Origin: Hemiscyllium ocellatum
Taxonomy: Eukaryota
Direction of reading: 5' to 3'
Assembly (NCBI RefSeq): GCF_020745735.1
Contig: NC_083445.1
Span: 30,566,947-30,630,946, forward strand
Length of the DNA stretch: 64,000 nucleotides
The position numbers and the translations under genes are program-made. Shown piece by piece: positions 62,701-64,000 of this stretch. Under the pieces are notes generated by a model. The model ran no database searches. It had not been told where the DNA came from and saw nothing but the letters and a program-made list of their open reading frames with translations. Position 1 is the first letter of the stretch. Each line of letters starts with the position of its first letter.

Positions 62701-64000
62701 ATACCCTATGCCGAGATTGGAGGATTATATAGAGGAAGTTGTATAAGTCAGTTACATCACAAAGTTGGATTTACTGCCAAGTTATTGACAATTACCATGA
62801 TGAGGGAAAGTGAAAGAAATTTCTGTGTTTCTTACCCCAAATGGGCTATATCAATTCAAAGTAATGCCCTTGGAATGAAGAATGCACTCGGCACGTTCCA
62901 AAGACTCCTGAACAGAGTTGTGGCTGTGTTTACAAACCGTACAGTCTATCTGGACGATGTAATGATTTTTAGTGAGTCCTGAAACGATCACATGATATAG
63001 TTGGCAGAGCTACGAGAAATGACTATGAGAAGAAAATTGTTGATAAGCGTTAAAAAACCGGATTTTCGAAGGCAGGGGTGACATTCTTGTGGCATAACAT
63101 CTGCCATGGAAGGTTTACCCCAAGCAATGGAGAGAAGAAGCCCATCGAGGAATTTCCGAGACACCAACCTTGAAGAAGGAGGTGTCTCGATTCTTGAGAC
63201 TAAATGGATTCCACCTGAAGTTTGCTCCAAACCTCAGCAGTGTAGTGGTACCATTAATGGATTTACTGAAGAAGTGCACGAAGTTTCAGTGGACAGAACA
63301 ATGACAGGAGCCATTCGACAATTTAAAGGCAGTATGAACCACCGCACCAGATTTAGCTACACCAAACTTTTTGAAACCCTTCAAAGATGCAATCGATGCT
63401 CAAGGCAGATGATGATAGAATTGAACAACAGGTTTGTTACTTTCCAAGAAGCTCAACACACACCAGAGAAAATAGTCTATCATCAAAAAGGAACTATTGA
63501 GTTTGGTACTGGTTTTACAACTTTTTAATGTTTATGTGATGATCAATGTTTCAGAGACAGTTGTGTACATGACTCACAATCCTCTTACATTCTTTGAATG
63601 ATTTAAAGAAAAGAATATGAAACTATTTCATTGGAGTCTTATGTTACAGACTTTTTATGTTACAAATTGTATATGTTGCAGGTCGTAAAAATGTGATAAC
63701 AGATGCGTTATTGCGGATTTACCGGATAAAGTATAGATAAGATAAAACAGATACCAATGTTTTACACATATGCATTTCATTACAATGAGTGAAGAATTAG
63801 AAAAAAGATGAAACCATCTTTTCATTATAATGGTTCATATTTTTCTTCCCAGAGTAGGTGTTACAAATGCATGTGCCATATCTTTAAGAAAGAGAGTGAA
63901 AGTTGCTTTGCACTGAGAGCTTGCATATACCTGTCATCTGACTGACGAACAGGCTCAGAGTGTCCTGGAAAAGTCAAAATATGCAACATTTGGCTGTGAA
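59764..64000 (+). mobile_element. 5'-truncated Gmr1-type gypsy element (copy C), 3' LTR runs off the window
   Basis: Gag (LILLEEFKNSLPEIIRIHVEEQKV), protease, integrase about 61200-61900, RT about 62400-63000, RNase H. The LTR starts TGTTACA at 63859. Confidence 0.87.

Overview
This is repeat-rich genomic DNA from a cartilaginous fish. The IgM cluster layout and repeat families suggest an orectolobiform or bamboo-shark-like species (inference). It has two assembly gaps, at 18117-18216 and 48638-48772. The one intact protein-coding gene is a minus-strand IgM heavy-chain cluster with a V-D-J already joined in frame in the genome. Its exons are leader 47348-47303, VDJ 47188-46829, CH1 29308-29009, CH2 28267-27917, CH3 27501-27193 and CH4 plus secretory tail 26713-26322, giving a 1758-nt spliced ORF (585 aa). 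The cluster has three unusual features. (1) The expected CH2 splice donor appears lost, so a donor 36 nt downstream would add a 12-aa linker containing Cys, Pro and an N-glycan site. (2) Skipping CH2, as in nurse-shark IgM1gj, creates a TGA at the CH1/CH3 junction. (3) No TM1 membrane exon is visible, and an LTR retrotransposon plus an assembly gap lie where it is expected. The rest is a GPR139-like pseudogene, four decayed Gmr1-type gypsy elements (integrase before RT), two solo LTRs, many CR1 fragments (one with a 5' inversion), tRNA-derived SINEs, a Penelope GIY-YIG fragment, and short TSD-flanked Penelope-related elements carrying minimal hammerhead-ribozyme cores. All calls were made by eye; repeat boundaries are approximate unless a TSD or LTR terminus is quoted.
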